This document shows, piece after piece, positions 1 through 15,185 of a stretch of DNA of 64,000 bases (the stretch's first letter is position 1; each line of letters starts with the position of its first letter). A program made the position numbers and the translations under genes. Below the pieces are notes generated by a model that did not search any database, was not told the DNA's origin, and was given only the letters and a program-made list of their open reading frames with translations. Source of the DNA: Octopus vulgaris (lineage: Eukaryota); contig OX597816.1 of assembly GCA_951406725.2 (NCBI GenBank), positions 125,612,001-125,676,000 of the forward strand. The letters are read 5' to 3'.

Positions 1-3000
1 TTTCGATCTCGCTCTCCTGGAACCTAATCCTTCTTTCCTAATTCTTTCGTAAAGACTTCATCTTGCGTATTTTCAGACTGAACAACAATTGTTTCAATTT
101 CGTCGCAGAGCATCTGTAAATGTCAAAATACACCTCTTTCCACGAGACTGCTTTCCATTCCACAAACAAATCACATCAAAAGCAACGTATTGTTTTTTTT
201 ACTCCATTAGTGAAATTAAGTCTAGCCAAATATATTAACATATTCCTCTCCCAAAGATATAATTTTTTTTATCTATGTGAGCCCAGAAAATGAAAATGTG
301 TGACGTATGTCCTAGTTGCAAATCAATTGAAACCCCTTGAACAAGAAAATCCACTCTATTATAGATTTAATTTACTGGGAGACAGTCACCACACCACAAA
401 GCATGAAACGGTTTGACGAATATTGTTTTCGGTTGCATATGACGTTTATGTATTTAATTTAAGGGAGGTTATGTGTGTTTGTAACAGTCTTACCGATCGC
501 ACGGTAAACAACTTTGAAGGCAAACATTACTCATCTTGGAATTTATTATGTCATATCGCTGGAAAGTTACCTTCTTTTTTTGTCTATCTGCATCACATTT
601 GAATGAACGTTAAGAAATATTCATTTAAAGTCAAGTTAATTTACAATTTAAGTTTGTTTAAGAATAAAATATAGTTGGCTATACTTATATCTTAAAACAT
701 CATACTAATGAAGATATCTTTTGCATAAACATTATTAGAGACAGACAAGGAGCCTAAACAGTGAGTTTGATCATGATGTAGAGTTAATTATTGTGTCTGC
801 ACATAGGCACGCGTATTTGTGTCATCTTAGATCGTAATACCAATATATATCTATCCACTGAAGTTTGCCCAAGGATCAAGTATATAAAATAGAGACAGTG
901 ATGTTTTGTGTGTGAACAAATTTATCTGTCTCCGAATAGTCTTTGAAATTATCTTTTATTGATAATTAGTTCGTTTAGCAAAATAATGAACCGAATGTTA
1001 TTGCACAGTAGATATACTAAGTGATAAAGATAAAAGATTCGTCATATAAATTCATATATATATATACGTGCGTGAAAGTGTGTTTGTGTGTGTACATGCA
1101 TATGTATGACTATGAATAAGGGATATAAGTATGTATGAGGTAAAAGTCGACTTAGATTTTCTAGATAATTTTGTTTACTTAAACTACTCGATTTTGGTTA
1201 TTCTGAGAGAATGGTCGGCTTCTTATTGCTTCTCTATATGATGTTTGTTGATTTTAATTGTTCTAGCTTGTCTCTACTTTGGAAATGTTATATCTGGGAA
1301 TTAGTTTTATATTTAAATAAATTAATCTTGTTAAAGTGAAATTACTTGAAGATGACAGCTAATTCCAATAAATAAATTCTGCTTTTACTGAGTAGTTACT
1401 TGTGACTAAACTTTGATCAAGTAGTGTAAGTTCGTCATAATCAACAGAATACGTAATTTGCCAATGCTCTTTGCTCTGCACGAATGAATGGGCGTCACTT
1501 GCACAAGGTGTAAATTAGAGGGCTACAGACTGTCTAAACATCTAATGAAATCAGTTTTCATTGCCTTTTCGTGTTTCATCGCGAGTTAAGAAGTAATGTA
1601 TTCAATATCGTACACATTTTTTTTTCATTGAAATTTGCTTCTCAACTGATGAAAGAAAATAAAAATCCAAGAATAAAGAGGTAACAGTTCATGACTCTCA
1701 AAGGGAGAGGAGATAATTTTAATTTAAACCAGAATTAATATCGGAAAGTTAATTTACATATTTAGTGAGTGGGGATATCTGATCTTTGATTGCAGCTAAT
1801 TGACAACAGCAGTGATATTTCTTTCTATGGGACACTACCAACATAGTACAGTCGACTATCCTATACTTCATCAGTTGACAATGGCTTTTACATAGAGAAA
1901 AAGTGTCATGAGTCATTTTCTGCCAATATAATTTGCAATATATAGTTGCTCTACTATGTTGTCACAGAATATTATTCTTTTCTCCAGTGGAAAACATTTC
2001 ATAGAATTCTGCAGAAGCGACAGCCAATTTTATAGCACTAAAATATATATGTCCACATATTGATTATTTTTCCCATATATACAATGCTAAGATACTCGCC
2101 GATAATTATCAACATAAACTAATCTGATTATTCAATTTCAATTATATACAACCTTCATTTTATCATATTCCGTCATCTCGTGTGCTTTGCTTCTCTTATA
2201 ATTTTCTAGAGGTCTCCTGTACTAGCCAGATATAACTCTTTTCCTCTTCTTCCCACGTTTTCTTTATTTCAACTCTGTTTCTCTATGTCTCACTTTCTCT
2301 CACTCACTCACTTTTCTTTTTCTCGAAGCTGTCTCTCACTCTCCTTTTCTCTCCCTCTGTTTCTCCCCACTTTCTAAATGTCACTCTCACTTTCTAACTC
2401 TCACTTTCTACTCAGCTTTGTAGCCGTTGATGTCAAGACTGTAAGTCTCTGGAAGTAAATACTTGTTCAATATTCGCTGCAGTAAATGATATAAGGCAGA
2501 GTAATCATGTCACATCAACACAAATGACACAGTGGCGGGTTGCACGTAGGAGTAAAAGAAAGTATAAAATCCATGTAATAAGTCATATATAAAATAACGT
2601 AGAATGCTTAAACTATCGCAATAACATTCTGTTCCATGATCACAGCGCGATACAAGTGTATGTTTCACATACAAATATGATCATGTCAAGACACCTAATC
2701 TACAAGCAGCAGAGTCCATCTATTTGTAAACATGTGTCACAGAATAAGATAAATTCAAGCCCGTACATTTAATTAAACAAACATGTGAACTTGTTCCTTC
2801 TTTTAAGAAGACACCGTAACCGAGACACGGAGGCATAATACATTCACAACAATAATAATTGTATTGCAATGGTCCCTTATTTCAAATAAAGCAACTTATC
2901 AATTATTCCTAGCAGTCAAAACTGTGTGGTGTATGACTATATTCATAAAATATTGTCATTGCCCATTGAGTGAGTGAGAGCAAATATGTACCATTCATAA

Positions 3001-3612
3001 ACATGTTCAGTTAATGACAGTCCTATTGACTATCTCTGAATGTGGATGTTGAACGCTTATGAAGTGACTGAATAAGTCGGGACTTAACAGGCTGATGATA
3101 ATGTTGATTAATTGATTTTGATGAATACAGTCTTTTCAGTTTCAAATTGTCGCTGTATGAATTGATGTTTACCTACCATAATGTATAATGTTTTCTGTTT
3201 CACAGAATAGATTGTTGTCACATTTATCAATGTTGTTAATGACATCATGTCTATTATTTCTATAAATACATTTAAAGGTTTCATATCTTTCTCCTTGATA
3301 TGTTTCTCATAATTTATTTTAGTTATTGATTTTAATCTTCAAGAGCAGATCAATGCAATATATGAATTACAACTTGTCAAATTATTAGTGAACAGAAATG
3401 CAAATGAAGGGCATAGGGTGAATATTGAGCTGACGAGTTGTCTTACATCACTTGCAAAATGTTAGGTTACTCACCTAAATTTTAATACATGGTGTTTTTA
3501 TGAACTAGTCACCATTGTAAATATAGTATATAGCGTAATACAACATATTTATAGCGCTTACGTGTACATATATATGTGTACAAGTTTGTATGTAGCGTGT
3601 GTGTGTAATATT

Positions 3613-3656
<44 letters not shown>

Positions 3657-3660
<4 letters not shown>

Positions 3661-3841
3661 AGATCGATAGCCACTACACATTTTTTTTCTCTCCTTGTCT
3701 TTTTCTGTGTCCCTTTCTGTAGAAGGGCGTAGGCTCGAAACGGAAAAGACCTTTTTCAATTCCTGAGCGTTATACTAATACATCAGTTTGTTTTCTACAC
3801 CATCTGTCTTCGTCTTTTGATTTTTTTTTCGTGAACTCTCC

Positions 3842-3844
<3 letters not shown>
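3657..3844 (+). mobile_element. PLE-type terminal-repeat fragment between (TA)n tracts, with degenerate hammerhead-like motif at 3713-3748
   Basis: cttt-CTGTAGA-a-gggc gtag gctc-GAAAC-gga-aaag: stem I cttt/aaag and a stem II hairpin are present, but the core and cleavage triplet deviate from consensus. Confidence 0.4.
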
Positions 3845-3872
<28 letters not shown>

Positions 3873-4280
3873 GGCGCAGGAGTGGCTGTGTGGAAAGTAG
3901 CTTGTTTACCAACCACATGGTTCCGGGTTCAGTCCCACTGCGTAGCACCTTGGGCAAGTGTCTTCTACTATAGCCTCGGGCCGACCAAAGCCTTGTGAGT
4001 GGATTTGGTAGGCGGAAACTGAAAGAAGCCCGTCGCATATATGTATATATATATATATGTGTGTGTGTGTATGTGTGTGTGTGTGTGTGTGTCTGTGTCT
4101 GTCCCCCTAGCATTGCTTGACAACCGATGCTGGTGTGTTTATGTCCCCGTTACTTAGCGGTTCGGCAAAAGAGACCGATAGAATTAGTACTGGGCTTACA
4201 AAGAATAAGTCCCGGGGCCGAGCTGCTCGATTAAAAGCGGTGCTCCAGCATGGCCGCAGTCAAACGACTGAAACAAGTAA
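3873..4280 (+). mobile_element. tRNA-derived SINE with internal microsatellite, full length
   Basis: A-box-like TGGCTGTGTGG and B-box-like GGTTCAGTCCC, central (TA)/(TG) tract; near-identical inverted copy at 48468-48861. Confidence 0.85.
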
Positions 4281-5109
4281 TATATATATATATATATATA
4301 TATATAGGAATAACGTTTTTCGCAGTGTACAGAATAATATAATGAAAATAACGTTAGTCAGAAGAAATTAGGAAATTGTTTTATAGTCTGTCTTATATAC
4401 AGAGTGTCTTCAAATTTTCCAACAAAATCAAATGTGATGGAATAAAATAAAGTGTGATAAAACTAAAGACAAAATAAAGATAAGATGTTTACGTCATTAA
4501 ATTTAAGAATTTATCTAATGTTTGAAAATGGTTATGGCTCCACAAAAGGAAGGAAATCTAGTTTCTTTTAGATACGAATAAGTAAGCTCATATGGCGGTG
4601 ATGAAGGTATGATGCGAACTGCATAGTGAGAGGTTATCTAGCTGCATTTTACAGCCAACGATGGCATAAATCCTAAGTGACATAATCGTACTATAGTCCG
4701 TGTATTGTGTTCTCTCTGATGTCCGCGAGAACGGATCACGTGATGAGAGAGGGTTGACTGCTATTCAGCCAATATCTTACTATAAATGTTTATACGAATG
4801 TATGTGAGTGAATACTAGGCAACATCTGCTAATATATATATATATATATGTATATGTGTGTGGGGGGTACGTGTGTGTGTGTGTATGTGCGTGTGAGTGT
4901 GTGTGTTGGTGTATGTGTGTCTATATATGTATATGTATATATATATATATACATATACACACACACACACTCACACACACACACTCATACACACATACAC
5001 ACACACACACATATATATATATACATACATACATACATACATACATACATAATTCCTCACCTCTTAAATATAGAACTATGTGTATGTGTGTGTGCGTGTG
5101 TGTGTACAT

Positions 5110-5325
5110 TTGTGTGTTTGTGTCTGTCCCCTTACCCCACCATCACTTAACAACCGATCTTAGTGTGCTTACGTGCTTTTAACTTAGCAGTTTAGCAAAA
5201 GAGATCGAAAGAATAAGTACTAGGCTCACCAAGAATAAGTCTTCGTGTCGATTTTTCCTTAAGGTGGTGCTCTAGCATGGCCGCAGTCAAATGACTGAAA
5301 CAAGTAAAAGAATAACAGAATAAAT
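5110..5325 (+). mobile_element. 3' half of the same SINE family
   Basis: Matches 4095-4280 (cttagc..gcaaaagaga..gaataagtact..catggccgcagtcaaatgactgaaacaagtaa). Confidence 0.75.
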
Positions 5326-5779
5326 AAATGTGCGTGTGTGATACATTAATAGTGCTAGTTTATTATTGTAAACTTGAAAATATTAAGCTTCATCTCAGCT
5401 GCTGTCATGCTTGCCGTGTGAATTCGACTCTCCGTAGCGGTCTCCACACACACTTCGAACATGGATCCACCTGAATGCACTCCATCACACGATGAAAGCC
5501 AAAACTGGAGAGGAAAACTTTAGTAAACACCATACTTATATATACAGAATTCTCCGCAAAAATATACGTCTATTATCGTAAGAATTATTCATAGACCAGC
5601 ACAATGCTTACATGAAGGCATTCGTAAAAATATATAAAATTAGAACACAATTGTCTAGTGAAAACATATCGAAAAGAAAACCTGTTTCCAATATGTCCAA
5701 ATGTATTTGTAAATACACGCATTCATATCACACACATGCACACGCACATAATGTGTATGTGTGTGCGCGCGCGCGCATG

Positions 5780-5796
5780 CTGTGTGTGTGTGTGTG

Positions 5797-5871
<75 letters not shown>
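5780..5871. repeat. (TG)n microsatellite
   Basis: Read directly from the sequence. Confidence 0.95.
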
Positions 5872-5874
<3 letters not shown>

Positions 5875-7549
5875 GTGCGTGTGTAATCAAGTTGTCCTAC
5901 ATATTTTTTATATTGATATCGGAAAAATACTTGAGTAATAATATGTGGACGAATGAAAACAATAGAATGTTTTTCTGCGTATATGGTCAGACGTTTACAC
6001 TAACTATTATACCCTACGGTATCTGAGAAAATATTATTTACGTAAACATATTTCTGTTGCGTTTTATTTAGTGCAGAGTTGATTGTGCTTTCTAATTCCC
6101 TGTGTTTGAATTGCTTTTCTTGTGCAATGTAACCCTGAGCTCTCCTACTATGTATATTTAAATATTTTGTTAAAAATGTAGTTTAGAAAAACAACAAAAT
6201 ATATTACTTTTTTAATTTTCTTCAGTCGTCGTATATAAACATCTAAACTTTACAGCTTCAGTAAATTCTGTGATACCAAAGTCGACATTGCAGAATTCAA
6301 TCAATAAGACTGGACAAAAACCGTATCGTCTCATATTTAAATGTTTGTATTTGTTAAATGGGTCAATGAAAGAAATTACGCTCCATAATATTTAAAATTA
6401 GTGAATTATTTTACAAGTAATTCAGACAGATTACTGCAACATTTTGAGATATTTTATTGAAGTGTTTATATCATTACATTTTGTTTACTGATGTTTACTG
6501 ATTGATTACATAATCTCAGTGCTTACATTATTGATTTTAATGAGGCACTTCAATGAGATGCTGCTTATTTATTTCCCTCTTTGTCTTTTGTATAGATGTG
6601 TGTTCTATTGTTTTGTTATTTGGTTCTGTGTGTCTTAGTTATTTTCATTGTTAATACTCGGTACTTTGAATTTGTGATGCATTATATTTACCCGCATCAA
6701 GTTTAATCTGAGTTTTAGACCGTTCCAGTTAACTTAAAATTTTCTAGTCGTGATAGAGATAAACACTGAAACAATCCTTTCGAACAGATCAAATCCAAAT
6801 AACGTCGACAGGATAATCAGCTAGAGATCAGCAAACTTAAAGTACAATGATCAGACGCAATATCAGGCAACAATTTAATTTTCCGCTGAATGTCGAGATT
6901 TTGTATTTTAACTTCAATAGCTTTGCATCTCGTATATCATGATTCTATTAATAACCACCAAACAAATATCTTTTTAAGATAAGAACTTCATTCAGAGAGA
7001 ATTGGTGTCAATTTCTTGCCAAAAATAGCTAAATTATATCCCTTTCGTAAACTTATCGTACACGAAGTTAAAGTCTCATTCTCAATTATGACGAGATTGT
7101 ACATTTCTTGCGGATTTGACTTGGTACGAATTAAAGAATAGAAATTCAGTTACTTTACTTTCATGCTGTAAATGTCATTTAGCCACAGGCCAAGATTGAT
7201 CTAGCTATGGACAAAAGCCTTCCCAGAATGATAATTCTGTCATTTTGCCGAAGGCTGATCAGCTCATTCCTTTCTATCTAAGACACATTAAACACTTTTA
7301 AGACGTTATAATGGAATGTGAGGTAGATTTGATCACTATTTTTGTAGGTTGGCAATCACATAGATTTCTGTCAAACTGTTATATTTAATACAATCATATA
7401 AATTATTCAGTCGATTTTTTAAAAGATTTAGCCAGAATAAGGTTTACAGCTAGCTCTTCACTTGTATTAAAACGTATGATGCATATCTACAAATATATAT
7501 AGTCACTCACATATATACACATGTAAATGCATAAATGTATCGCTTTCAC

Positions 7550-7640
7550 TCTCCCTCTCTCTCTATATATATATATAGATAGATACAGACAGACAGACAG
7601 ACAGAGATACGTACATACATTCATACATGCATAAATAGAT

Positions 7641-7678
<38 letters not shown>

Positions 7679-7872
7679 CACACATATATACATACATGCA
7701 TACATACATACATACATACATACATACATACATACATACATACATACATACATACATACATACATACATACATGCATGCATGCATGCATGCATACATACA
7801 TACATACATACATACATACATACATACATACATACATACATACATACATACATACATACATACATACATACA

Positions 7873-7902
<30 letters not shown>
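7550..7902. repeat. Compound microsatellite (CT)(TA)(GACA)(GATA)(TACA)n
   Basis: Read directly; it explains the MYVC/HTYI ORFs. Confidence 0.95.
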
Positions 7903-7905
<3 letters not shown>

Positions 7906-8683
7906 GTATACAATACGAAGAATATAATCAGTGAATTCGAATTTCGGAACACAGAATGAAACACTCCAAAAATTACAACGAATTCTACTTGAAAGTTGAA
8001 AGCTAAACAATGCTAATTAGTAATGGAATAAAATGTGCCAAAGCGATAGACATTGAAGAATTCCGAACAACAAAAGACTTGGATACGCTGAATACTCTAC
8101 GTTACTCTTAACACAAAACCCATGCATTAATTGAGGCAAACCATTATTGAAGTAAGACTCAAGAATATAAATGGTATTTGAATTTTGCAAAATAATCAAA
8201 ATCAAATGACTAACCAATTCTATGAAATTCTCATGTTGGCGAAACATTGAAATCACATACAGTGCAGACGATCATTTCGTCAGCAGATATAGCCATTACT
8301 TAATGAGCATGTGTCATCAACATGAAATTGTATGTGTGGATGTTAATAGCAGTTTAGAGCCTATCCAGACTTATCTAATTTAAACTAGATGTATTAATTG
8401 TTCTTCGTTACAAATATCGCCTCTGTCGCTAATAGCTTATTTATTATATCTTCGTGATAGTTTTTTTTTAATCTAAACACATTAACTCACTAGGCTAACA
8501 ATTTTAGGTAAGAAAACTAATTAAATCGACACAATATTTGTAATATAGGTATGGCGCCAAAAATTTGAAAGAAGCGAAAATTGAATATATCGATCTCAGA
8601 AACATGACTAGAACTTTATTTTATAATCCCATAGGGATAAGAGGCGAATTCGACGTCCGTGATAGTAGTGACGGTGATTTCTA

Positions 8684-8797
8684 GCACACAAATTCTCGGT
8701 TTCAATGGCTGCGGCGTAGGGCTGGGGCTTTGAACTGGTTGATCAGCCACCCGATTCTCTAGATTTGGCGTGGTCAGACTATCCACTGTTCCCCAGC
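8684..8797 (+). pseudogene. mariner transposase fragment
   Basis: Translates to AHKFSVSMAAA*GWGFELVDQPPDSLDLAWSDYPLFP, a decayed HPPYSPDLAPSDYHLF motif. Confidence 0.7.
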
Positions 8798-8928
8798 ACT
8801 AGAGTTGAAAATTCATGAAATATTGTTTGCAGTTATATCAAATATTTTTCCAACTTTCTGTTTAGTGTGTGTGTGCGTGTGTATGTGTGTGTGTATACAT
8901 GTGTGTGTACGTGTGTGTACGTGTATAT

Positions 8929-8963
<35 letters not shown>

Positions 8964-9069
8964 ATTTAAATAAACAGAAATTGTAGAAAACTTTTGATCA
9001 ACAAACAAACAAAACAAATTGACCAGTATCGGTTAATCCATTTTTAATACAAAACATAACATTACATAA

Positions 9070-9191
9070 CATTTCTTAAGGCCGTTTCGGCTACCGGTGC
9101 CAATCGGTGCTTGCAAAGAAAAATCCGTAAATAACATTCGACATTTTCTAGCACATTCGATCTAGTACATGAAGCTTAATCAGAGTAAATG
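9070..9191 (-). ncRNA. Decayed type I hammerhead motif with long stem II
   Basis: Minus strand: cattt-a-ct CTGATTA agct..(~80 nt)..agcc GAAAC ggcc TTA ag-aaatg. G8 and one stem III base are mutated. Confidence 0.45.
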
Positions 9192-10226
9192 CAAATGCAA
9201 AAGCTAAATAAAATGGGAATAAACAAAGGAAAGAGGGAAGAGGAAAGAACAGAGCCTCGAGACGAGGCCAGAAGGTTCAATATATTAGAATCATACCATT
9301 TTGCAGTGTGAAGCTTAAAGTCGATCGGCAAAAGAGTGAACTAGCAAATGAGCTAGAGAAATAATTTATGAGTTATCTCTTTATGTAGGGGTTCCAGGGT
9401 GTATAAATAGTAGTAGGATAAAACAAGTGCTTAAGTAAAACAGGAATCGCCAATATGTCTAGAAAACGAATAGTACTTATGATTTCGTAAATAGAGCTAA
9501 TTGATATTTATCCAAATTCGTAGAGTTTTTATGATGATGTACTTACTGAAATATTCTAGAGACTGAACACCTATTGTCCGTAATGGAACTGACCAAAGTC
9601 CTGCCATTTCTACAATTGGTCAATCATATTTAAATCAAGGGCAAGTTAAGACCGTTACAGGGGTAAACGTAAATAAAGAAGAAAAAATAAACCAATAAAT
9701 AAAAAGGTGTGGGAGAGAAGACTGTCATAAGTGGCACGAGGCCGCTTATGCTCTTCTGCACCATCTCAACATAGCATAAAATAAAAATAAACAATAAAAA
9801 TAAGATGGGTACCAGCAACCAATAAGGCTATCAACTTTTTTACAGTTAAGGGGAGACTACTGGTAGTGGGGTGAAGACTAGTGGAAATTACCTTCGAAAT
9901 ATAATGCTAAATCTGCCATCTTAAATAGCCAGCTTACTTCCAAGTGGTGGTAATACTAGACGAACGAGTAAATGTCTACACGTTACTGCGTGCATTCTGC
10001 CTCTCAGACGTACGAGAGGGCTAAGGTATAAAATCCTCAAGCTATTAAACGATTATAAGTTAAAACACTTGATAATTCTATCACATTTTACTAAATCTTA
10101 ATATATATTATATTAAAATTAAATTAAAATTGAAATTAAAAATTAAAATTAGATTGTTCATATTATTAAACCTATTGTTATATTAACCCTTGCTTGGGTG
10201 TAGCCAAACTGGGTCTACCACAAAAT

Positions 10227-10546
10227 GGGCGCGTGGCTTAGTGGTTAGGGCATTCGGCTCATGATCGTAAGGTTGTGAGTTCGATTCCCGGCGACGCGTT
10301 GTGTCCTTGAGCAAGACACTTTATTTCACGTTGCTCCAGTCCACTCAGCTGGCAAAAATGAGTTGTACTTGTATTTCAAATGGTCAGCCTTGTCACTCTC
10401 TGTGTCACGCTGATTATCCCCGAGAACTACGTTAAGGGTACACGTGTCTGTGGAATGCTCAGCCATTTGCACGTTAATTTCACGAGCAAGCTGTTCCGTT
10501 GATCGTATCAGCTGGGACCCTCGTCGTCGTAACCGGCGGAGTCTTT
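10227..10546 (+). mobile_element. tRNA-derived SINE, second family
   Basis: tRNA-like head (TGGCTTAGTGG ... GAGTTCGATTCCC) followed by gtgtccttgagcaagacactttatttcacgttgctc, also found inverted near 61960-62056. Confidence 0.8.
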
Positions 10547-10623
10547 AACCACAAAATACGTTAGTGTGTATGTATGTGCTTGTGGGTGCGCACGTGTGTG
10601 TAAGTGTATGTGTGGGAGTGAGA

Positions 10624-10686
<63 letters not shown>

Positions 10687-10843
10687 TGTGTGTGTACGTT
10701 TGTCTTTGAGTCTATGTATAAATATGTAATTTCAGTGACTGAAATTAGAAATCTTACCGAAAACGATTCCTCTGAAGAGCTATTCTCATGAAACTGCGAA
10801 GTTACAGTCGCTTTGTATTCCTGTTTAATATCATATGTATGCT

Positions 10844-10928
<85 letters not shown>

Positions 10929-13900
10929 AAGAAAGACGTAAGGCAAGAGTGAATATATACTATCAAAAGAAACATGCGTCTTCAACGAATTACATCGACA
11001 GTGTAACTAAATATATCTTTGAATAAAGAATAACAATTATCACATTTAATTTTAGTGATATTTCCATTTAATGAAATATTTAGAACATACTTTTTTTATC
11101 AGAATTACCATATATGAAATATTATTACTTAGTGCTTACGTATATTTTATTCAGAAGTATCTTGTCTAGCGTTAACTTCCCTATCCTATTACATTGACTT
11201 TCAAATTGTTAAAATTTCACTAGATATTGTTATTGTAATGAGACTGCAATGTTAAAAGTTTGTATTCGACTGATGTATTTATTTGGTTTATTTGTTATCT
11301 TCCTGCTGAATCTACTTTGTTTTATGACTTTCCAACAAACTGTCATTAACGTAAAGCAGGCTTTGGCCGAAGGCATGAATCATTAAATCTGTATGATGTT
11401 TTCCAGGACTTCAACTTCACTTCTATGACATCTAACAGACCGACAGACTAATATCTGTAGCCAAAATGTGCCATTTGTTTGATTTTCGAAATGTTATGTG
11501 ATTCAATATCGATTAATCCTCCATTGATTTAAAAGCGGCGTTAGATCAAATTTATTCTGCCAGTCAGCACTCATCAGCCGTAGAATATATTTCATATTTC
11601 TTGTATTCTACTTCGAATATAAGTCATAAGCCTGTCTCATCTATGTTGGTCAACTAATAATGCAAGAAATATATTATATATAAAATCCATATATAATTGC
11701 TCGAGATATAAAGCAATCAATAGGAGAAATTTGTGTTGGTTCTGTGGTTTCAACTGATATTAGACGAGGTTATCAAGGGTCCTGCCTAGAGAGGATATTT
11801 TGACCAGTCGTTAAATAAGAATATCGATTCAAAATAAAATAGAGGGTTATCCGGATAAAAGAAAATAAATGTAATATTTTTATTGCTGGGAAATATTTCA
11901 ACCACTTTCAGTAGGATACTTATTGAAGCGTCTTCTAATATAATTCATTGATCTTCTTCCGACCCTAAAGTTGTTGACTCATTGATCAATATGCGAATCA
12001 TTAAACATTATTTACTGGTCTACTCCTTATAGTCATGCTCTAGAACAAACAGGTGAATTCAATCACGTGTTACATACAGTGTTTTGTATTTAATTCAAAC
12101 TGGAAAGTTTACGTTGCCTGTGAATATAAATTCTAATTTTGTACAGCCAATATAGTAGATATAATCACATATACTGAATTATTGGTCGATGATCAAAAAG
12201 TGTCACATGTAATATATTTAACTCAACTAACACCATAGCTACAATGGGGATTTTTGTGCTATTGAAGGTATCGTGACAGAAGAGAGGTATAAGAGGACGA
12301 TTTCTTCGGCAGTCCTTTTAGTGTTCATAATTCAGCATACATACAATTTTGGATTTCCCCCCTCTGACTGGTATTTACGTAACAAGTGAAGCGAAATTCA
12401 GTGAATATCGTTAGTAAAAATTATTGGTAAAAGGCTGCAAAGAAAAATGTTCCTTTCAAAGAGGTCTGACTCAAGTGTGCTTTTGATTTTGCTGCACGAG
12501 TAAAGGGAACATTTTCGGTTCACGACACTCAAAGTGATTTAGAAATACACAAGCAAACTGAGTGTGGATTAAAAGAATGAGCCAATGAATCGTACTTATG
12601 GAACTGAATTGCAGTTGAATGTTCAAAAGAAACATTGTGTGTCTTAGGAACATAGAAGACACATAGACTACTGGAAGTATGATACATTCCATCTATATGT
12701 AGTCTTGTGACTAACAAGTCTACTTCGGAGATGGTATCGTTGATATACGTCTGTGTTGGACATATATCTTTTTAAAAGTTATCATGCAATACTTGTTAAT
12801 TACTTAACGCCGATATTTTTTAATACATTTCTGCTATTATGTGGAGAAGTAAACTATTCAGAATCTATTTTCTAGATTACTTTTTTGTTTTTTATATTAT
12901 TCTTTCAGTAGAGATAATATACTTCAGTCAATTTCATATCTGATTTCTCCCATTCTACTATATTAATATCATTCATATAGCTCTCGAGATTTATATCAAA
13001 ATATTTTTACCTCTGCATATATTTCGCATCCTTAAACGATTGCCTTATAACATAATTTTGTCTGTTTAATATCCCCATTAACCATTACTATTCCACTTCT
13101 TTCACAAATTAAATACGCGTGTGAGACTTAAATTCTTTAGTTGCTTGCAACATATTTCATTGCGGGCCATGTCAAAAAGTTACTAAATTGATTGATACAA
13201 TATATTTATGCTTTGATAACCGTCTAAAACTATGTAGAAAATACCATTTTAAGGAATATTTTCTGCTCATTTTTGCTCCACATGGTGCATATAAAATTCA
13301 GCTAACATGAGACTTGAAATTTATAGAATGAGATTTTATTAATCAAATTGCTCCCAGGACGTTCCAACGATTGAATTTATAGATTGGGAGAATCGCCCAC
13401 TACATTACTTTGGATGAATGCAAATGTAGAGCATAGGTCAAATCTAAATATCATGTTTGTTTTCTGTTGTAAGACATGAATGAATATTATATGATTACTA
13501 CTTCTTCCAAGATACCACTTTCGATAAAGATTTGTAAAACTGCTTTTAGCCTCCAAATAATGCTTTGTAGAGGAGAACGCAGAGTTAATTGGATCGATCC
13601 AGATTTATTAATGATACTTATTTTCTTGAGTGTAGATGCATGAAAAGCAATTATAACGCACAAAGCAAAAGGTTGGCTTCACCATATTTTTAGTGCAGCA
13701 GTATAATTTTACACCAATATCCCTTGCTTCAAGGATGGATAATTGGTTCTTGTCGTTGACACGAGGTTAAAAATTTGAAAGGATGGGATAGCATCGATTT
13801 AATCGATACTGCTATGTTATCGATACTTATTATCAACCTCAGAAATTTGAAAGGCAAAGTCAACCATACAGTGGTAACTAAACACTGCCAGACATTTTGC

Positions 13901-15044
13901 CCAGAACACCATCCCTTCTGCTATCCACTTCCTTAATACATATAACAAAATAATAAACGTATAAAATATCTTTGATATCGAAGCTGATTATATTCTATGT
14001 TTCCTGTTTGCCTTTAATCAGACAGAAGAAATAAAACACTTATTCTAAAAACAAAATCAGTAAACTCCTATAACTTATTGATGTTTTGTGAAATAAACAT
14101 CAACCGATATTTATCTTGTTACTGGTGTTGTAATGCGATTGTCAATCAAGCTGCATATAAAAAAAAAACGAAAGCATTTTCTGATAACGAAACTATACTT
14201 ACCATAAACAAAATTAAATTATAATCACTTCAAATGTAACAATATAAGTGGGGTTTCAAAGATATTTCCTTGGCATTGCTTCGAGAGGTATAAAGAATAG
14301 TTTGTTTTGTTTTTTAAACTAGAGAAGAATCTTGTAAAATATATTATTCAATGAACAGGCTAAATTTATCATCAGTCAGTCGATGTTACTTCTCCAAACT
14401 TATAATGTACGCTCACTTGAAAAGAACCATCTATAAAAGGGAAATATCGATTCTACTTATGTTGGAATCAATATCAAATATAGCCATGATAGTATTTGTA
14501 GAATTGCATTACTCCTCTATTTCCTGAACGTTTAAAAAATAACTCAAAGACAGCACCTCCTGTCTTAAATTTGAAAAATAATCAGAAATAATTCAATTTG
14601 GTTATAATGCAATAAGGGAACTATATACAATGTTCTAATAGTTAGCCTATGCTTCTAGTTTTAATTTCTTGGCAACTTACGTTCAAATTCTACTAAAAAT
14701 ATTATAAAATAAAATCAATACATAGGTTGTCAGACTTACAAACAAGTGTTCTGGTTATTGTCTATGATCGTGATACTTGTGCAGTTCTTTTGAAATAGTA
14801 TGTAAACAAAAACAATAAAGAGCCTTATTTGACTAAATGCCTATAAAGATCAGATAACTATCTAAGTTATGGTAGTTGTGCGGAGTTTTGTTAATCACTA
14901 TTATAAATATTCTTGCTTAATTCTCAGAGATAGAGTCGCTCAATAGCTAATCTATTTTGCATAAGTGTTAATATACACATATTGATCTTACACGCGCGCG
15001 CGCACACATACATACGTATACATATATACATATCATTATTATTA

Positions 15045-15185
15045 TATTTTGGGATCATTTTTGTTTTGCCAAATAAACACACGCACTATATATTCATTCT
15101 TCACTTTATATTTATTATTGTTCTTATTTTAATCCTTTCCTTGGAAATCTTCGTCACACATCCTGTAACCTCTTCAGCGATTCTC
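15045..15185 (-). mobile_element. Dispersed repeat with decayed hammerhead-like motif (partner of 52845-52993)
   Basis: Reverse complement aligns with 52845-52993. Motif: CTGAAGA G GTTAC..GTGAC GAAG. Confidence 0.55.

Noticed and set aside
10227-10300. tRNA gene
   Set aside because: The tRNA-like sequence continues into a SINE body, so it is a SINE head.
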